DNA of 39,351 nucleotides. Origin: an uncultured Flavobacteriaceae bacterium (GTDB lineage: Bacteria > Bacteroidota > Bacteroidia > Flavobacteriales > Flavobacteriaceae). The notes beneath the pieces are model-generated. The model searched no databases. It was not told the origin of the DNA and worked only from the letters and a program-made list of their open reading frames with translations. The translations under genes and the position numbers were made by a program. Each line of letters begins with the position of its first letter. Positions within the stretch are counted from its first letter, which is position 1. Of this stretch, positions 35,621 through 39,351 are shown in pieces. Location of the stretch: the NCBI GenBank assembly GCA_964545595.1, contig CAZJGP010000210.1:1-39351 (forward strand), read 5' to 3'.

Positions 35621-35776
35621 ATGGACGCTACATTGAACACTAATACAATATCGCAAAGCAATACTCAGGTAATTACGCCGATTGAAGAGAATAACCAAGT
35701 AAGGAAGCAAAGAGGTTCTTTAGAGTTTTTGTCAGGAGTATTTTTTTTAATTAAAAAAGTTTTTTTATTAGGTTAA
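35621..35776 (+). CDS. Candidate small protein (51 aa), not in the ORF track
   Basis: MDATLNTNTISQSNTQVITPIEENNQVRKQRGSLEFLSGVFFLIKKVFLLG*. A-rich leader, TACATTGC -7-like element at 35589-35596, and a stop codon that overlaps the convergent gene's stop. Confidence 0.5.
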   Translation: MDATLNTNTISQSNTQVITPIEENNQVRKQRGSLEFLSGVFFLIKKVFLLG

Positions 35777-37455
35777 TTTATTCCTTTAGGAATAGCGTTA
35801 ATTAAGTCCTTAGTGTACTCTTTAGTAGGATTTGAATAAATAGTATCAGAATCCCCCGATTCAATAATTTCACCATTCTTCATAACTAATAACTGATCAG
35901 CCATATATTTGACAACTGCTAAATCGTGAGATATAAATATATAGGTGAATCCGTAATTATCTTTTAGATCATTTAAAAGGTTTAAAACTTGTGCTTGTAC
36001 AGATATGTCTAATGCGCTAACAGATTCATCGCAAATAATTAATTTAGGTTGTAAAGCAATTGTTCTAGCTACACCTATTCGTTGTCTTTGTCCTCCACTA
36101 AATTCATGAGGAAAACGATTAAAATGAGAAGCACTTAGTCCAACATTTTTCAATAATTCTATAGTTTTTTCTTTTCTTTGACTGTTGTTTTTATACAAGT
36201 TGTGAGCAATCATAGGTTCCATGATAATTTTACCAATGCTCATTCTTGGGTTTAAACTAGCAAAAGGATCTTGAAATATTAATTGTATTTCTTTTCTAAG
36301 ATCTTTAAGCTTTGCTCTTGATAATTGAGTGATGTCTGTCCCTTTATAATTTACTGATCCTTTATCTGCTTTAGTAAGCTGTAAAATTAAATTTCCTAAA
36401 GTAGATTTTCCGCAACCGGACTCACCTACAAGACCTAATGTTTCTCCTTCATAAATAGAAAAAGAGACATTGTTAACTGCTTTGAATTCTGTTTTATTAA
36501 ACCAACTAGCTTTGGTGTAAAAGCTTTTTGAAATATTTTTAACTTCTAATAAAGGTTCAGAGTTGTATAGTTTGTTATGAAGCTCTCTACGATCACTATT
36601 AGTAACGACTGTAGAGGATTCTTTATTTTCTAAAAAATCGCTAACAGTAGGTAACCTTTTTAAGCGTTCTGTTAATGAAGGTCTAGAGTGTATAAGTGCT
36701 TTGGTGTAGTTAGATTTGGGTTCAGTAAAAAGAAGTTTTGTGGGTTGTATTTCTATTGCTTTTCCATGATGCATTACTAAAGTTGTGTCTGCAATTTCAC
36801 TAACTAAGGCTAAATCGTGAGAAATGAATAAAATACTCATTTGTTCAGATTCTTGTAGTTCTTTTAAAAGAAGTATTATTTCTTTTTGAACTGTTACATC
36901 TAAGGCAGTTGTTGGCTCATCGGCTATTAATAATTTTGGTTTACAAGCAATTGCCATAGCAATTACAATACGTTGTTTTTGACCACCACTTAATTGATGC
37001 GGATAAGCTTTAAAAATACGTTCAGGGTTAGGTAATTTTACTTTTTTAAATAATTCTAAAACTTGTGATTTAGCTTCTGTTTTAGATATTGATGTATGTG
37101 TGTTAATTATTTCAGCTACTTGTTTACCGCAACGCATAGAAGGGTTTAATGCACTCATTGGCTCTTGAAAAACCATAGCAATATCATTACCACGAATTTG
37201 TTCTAATTCTTTATCAGAACAATTAATTAAGTTAAGGTCGTTAAACTGAATACTACCTGATGTAATATTAGAAACTACTTTAGGTAATAAACCCATTATA
37301 GCTAAAGATGTAACAGATTTTCCACTACCAGATTCTCCTACAACTCCTAAAATAGAATTTTTAGGTATTGAGAAAGAAATATTATGTAATACATTTTTGT
37401 TATTAAAAGCAACAGATAAATTGGTTACTTGTAATGTGGGTTTTGTTTTATTCAT
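35773..37455 (-). CDS. Fused dual-domain peptide/nickel-type ABC ATPase (OppD-OppF/YejF-like)
   Basis: GESGSGKS and GESGCGKS; LSGGQKQR and FSGGQRQR; DEPTTALDV and DESVSALD. Confidence 0.93.
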   Translation of the reverse strand: MNKTKPTLQVTNLSVAFNNKNVLHNISFSIPKNSILGVVGESGSGKSVTSLAIMGLLPKVVSNITSGSIQFNDLNLINCSDKELEQIRGNDIAMVFQEPMSALNPSMRCGKQVAEIINTHTSISKTEAKSQVLELFKKVKLPNPERIFKAYPHQLSGGQKQRIVIAMAIACKPKLLIADEPTTALDVTVQKEIILLLKELQESEQMSILFISHDLALVSEIADTTLVMHHGKAIEIQPTKLLFTEPKSNYTKALIHSRPSLTERLKRLPTVSDFLENKESSTVVTNSDRRELHNKLYNSEPLLEVKNISKSFYTKASWFNKTEFKAVNNVSFSIYEGETLGLVGESGCGKSTLGNLILQLTKADKGSVNYKGTDITQLSRAKLKDLRKEIQLIFQDPFASLNPRMSIGKIIMEPMIAHNLYKNNSQRKEKTIELLKNVGLSASHFNRFPHEFSGGQRQRIGVARTIALQPKLIICDESVSALDISVQAQVLNLLNDLKDNYGFTYIFISHDLAVVKYMADQLLVMKNGEIIESGDSDTIYSNPTKEYTKDLINAIPKGIN

Positions 37456-37459
37456 AATA

Positions 37460-38173
37460 TTATACCGATATTATTTGATGAGGTTCTAATAAAGGTTCTT
37501 GCCTTAATTTTAATAACACTTGCGCAACGGCTATAGTGTCTTTTTCACAATATACAACGATACGGTTAATATCATGCTCTTTGTAATAAACGTCTTTAAC
37601 CTTGCTGCCATCAATATCATCTTTAGGAGATGGTATGCCTAATATGGTCGTTAGTAATTTTAGAGAAGTGTAATGTTTATAATCTCCAAATCTCCATAAT
37701 TCTAAAGTATCTAAATGAGGAATTTCCCAAGGTTTTTTGCCAAATAAATTTAAAATATTTGGTAATGCTATTCCGTTAATTATCATTCTGCGTGCTATGT
37801 ACGGAAAATCAAATTCTTTACCGTTATGGGCGCAAAGTAAATGGTGAGCTTTGTTATAATGTGTTTCTAGTAAGTTTTTAAAATCTAATAAAAGTTTTTT
37901 TTCTTCTCCAAAAAATGATGTTGTTCTAAGTTGGGGTTTGCTTTCTTTTAAAACAATAAAACCAACGGATATGCATATTATTTTTCCAAATTCAGCCCAT
38001 ATACCTGCACGTTCATAAAACTCTTCAGCTGAGAATTCTTCTTTTCGTTGGTATTTTGTTTTCTTAGTATATAAGTCTTGTAAATTTTCGCTTAACTCAT
38101 TAAATTTTTCGTGTATTGGAACTGTTTCAATATCTAAAAAGAGAACATGTTCTAATTTGAAATCACTATGCAT
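37460..38173 (-). CDS. 3'-5' exonuclease-like protein (PolB-exonuclease-related, DEDD)
   Basis: LDIET, HNGKEFDFP, HLDTLE, YCEKD. Confidence 0.88.
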   Translation of the reverse strand: MHSDFKLEHVLFLDIETVPIHEKFNELSENLQDLYTKKTKYQRKEEFSAEEFYERAGIWAEFGKIICISVGFIVLKESKPQLRTTSFFGEEKKLLLDFKNLLETHYNKAHHLLCAHNGKEFDFPYIARRMIINGIALPNILNLFGKKPWEIPHLDTLELWRFGDYKHYTSLKLLTTILGIPSPKDDIDGSKVKDVYYKEHDINRIVVYCEKDTIAVAQVLLKLRQEPLLEPHQIISV

Positions 38174-38176
38174 ATT

Positions 38177-39337
38177 TTAGTTATTCTGTTGTGATAACAT
38201 ATTGTAAGCAGCGTCAATATATGTTTCAAAATCATTGCCAGCATTTCGGTTAGGGCCAGGTTTAGATCTTTTATGTCCTAAGCGAACAATAATTAGATCA
38301 TCTTCAGGAATAGAAATTACATATTGACCCAGAATTCCTCTCATGTAGAAAATCTTTTTACCCTTGTAGTTGCTAAGCCAAAGACCATAGCTGTAAATAG
38401 GACTTTCTTCAAAACGAGGATCTTGTACTAGCTTTGCCAGGTTTTCTGATATAAGTTGTTTGTTATTCCATTTTCCGTTATTAGACCATAACTGTCCAAA
38501 ACGACCAAAATCACGAGCATTACTAGCAATGCAGCAATATGATTTTTCTAGCCCGCTTTTTTCGCCATCTAACATCCAAAGAGCATCAGACTCCATGCCC
38601 ATAGGTTGCCAAAAACTTTTACTTAAATAATCTGCTAAGTGTTGTTTGGTAGTTTTTTCAATAACCATTCCTAACAATTGAGTAGCTCCACTTAAATACT
38701 TAAACTTTTTTCCAGGTTTTTCGTTTACTTCTAAATCTAAAATTAAATCTCTAATGTTGGTATCGTAATAAGCTTTTGCAGTCATAGAAAAAGGACTAAT
38801 GTAATTTTCATTCCAATTTAATCCAGAAGCCATAGAAGATAAGTCTCCAACAGTTAATTCATTAGCATACGTTCCTTTTAATTCAGGAAAAATAGTATTT
38901 ACTTTAGTATCTAAGCTTTTAATGTAGCCTTCGTCTATGGCTTTAAAAAGCAGTGCTGTAGTAATGCTTTTTGCCATAGAAAAAGAGTTAGTTAAGCTTT
39001 TGTTTGAATAGCTATCAGCATAATTTTCGTAAAATAACTTATTGTCTTTAATAACTAAATAAGCTACAGTGCCTAATTCTTTGTTTGTTGCTGTTAAATT
39101 TTTAGGAGCTGAGCTTTTGTTGTAATTTTCATGGAAACTCCATTTTTGTGTAGTTCCTTTTTTTATTTTTCTGTTTTTAAAATAAGGAATATCATCAATA
39201 TAAGCAGTTTTATGTCCAGTTAAATAAACAACGCGAACCCCTTTTAATACGTATTCATAATCGAATATATATAATAGAGTAATCGCTAATAATATTATGA
39301 CTACAATAAATTTAAAAATTGATTTAATCCATCTCAT
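38177..39337 (-). CDS. Serine hydrolase, beta-lactamase/transpeptidase-like family, membrane anchored
   Basis: SFSMAKS (SxxK), FKYLS, ARDFGRFGQL, RGILGQ; N-terminal TM. Confidence 0.88.
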   Translation of the reverse strand: MRWIKSIFKFIVVIILLAITLLYIFDYEYVLKGVRVVYLTGHKTAYIDDIPYFKNRKIKKGTTQKWSFHENYNKSSAPKNLTATNKELGTVAYLVIKDNKLFYENYADSYSNKSLTNSFSMAKSITTALLFKAIDEGYIKSLDTKVNTIFPELKGTYANELTVGDLSSMASGLNWNENYISPFSMTAKAYYDTNIRDLILDLEVNEKPGKKFKYLSGATQLLGMVIEKTTKQHLADYLSKSFWQPMGMESDALWMLDGEKSGLEKSYCCIASNARDFGRFGQLWSNNGKWNNKQLISENLAKLVQDPRFEESPIYSYGLWLSNYKGKKIFYMRGILGQYVISIPEDDLIIVRLGHKRSKPGPNRNAGNDFETYIDAAYNMLSQQNN

Positions 39338-39351
39338 AGACTCTAAAGTAC

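Noticed and set aside
38177-39337. Antibiotic-resistance beta-lactamase
   Set aside because: The SxxK fold is shared by many esterases and amidases. The YLS motif, membrane anchor and housekeeping context do not support a resistance call.

Overview
AT-rich chromosomal window from a marine-type Flavobacteriaceae (Bacteroidota). This is inferred from TAnnTTTG -7 promoter elements, a general lack of Shine-Dalgarno motifs, TonB-dependent receptors with N-terminal extensions and alginate lyases. From left to right it holds: (1) a phosphate-response locus (5' end of a TBDR, a stand-alone carboxypeptidase-regulatory-like domain protein, a MORN-like secreted protein, a Pit-PhoU fusion transporter and divergent phoP-phoR), with 11-bp-periodic GTTAA/TTAAC boxes at every promoter and a box-preceded candidate sRNA; (2) housekeeping genes (trmB, LysE-type, ATL, Mrp/ApbC, Nfu, PAP2) and a second candidate sRNA; (3) an MFP-RND-TolC efflux operon; (4) next to tRNA-Leu(TAG), a receiver protein, a receiver pseudogene, a TBDR and a YfiR-domain/long-coiled-coil histidine kinase, which is the best candidate for an undescribed trans-envelope signalling system; (5) two tandem PL7 and one PL6 alginate lyase with no susCD in view; (6) a GT2, FAD oxidoreductase and membrane polyferredoxin trio, a 1-Cys peroxiredoxin, an unannotated 51-aa ORF, an ABC ATPase, an exonuclease-like protein and a serine hydrolase. 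No CRISPR array, IS or integrase was seen. All family calls come from motif recognition by eye, not from database searches.
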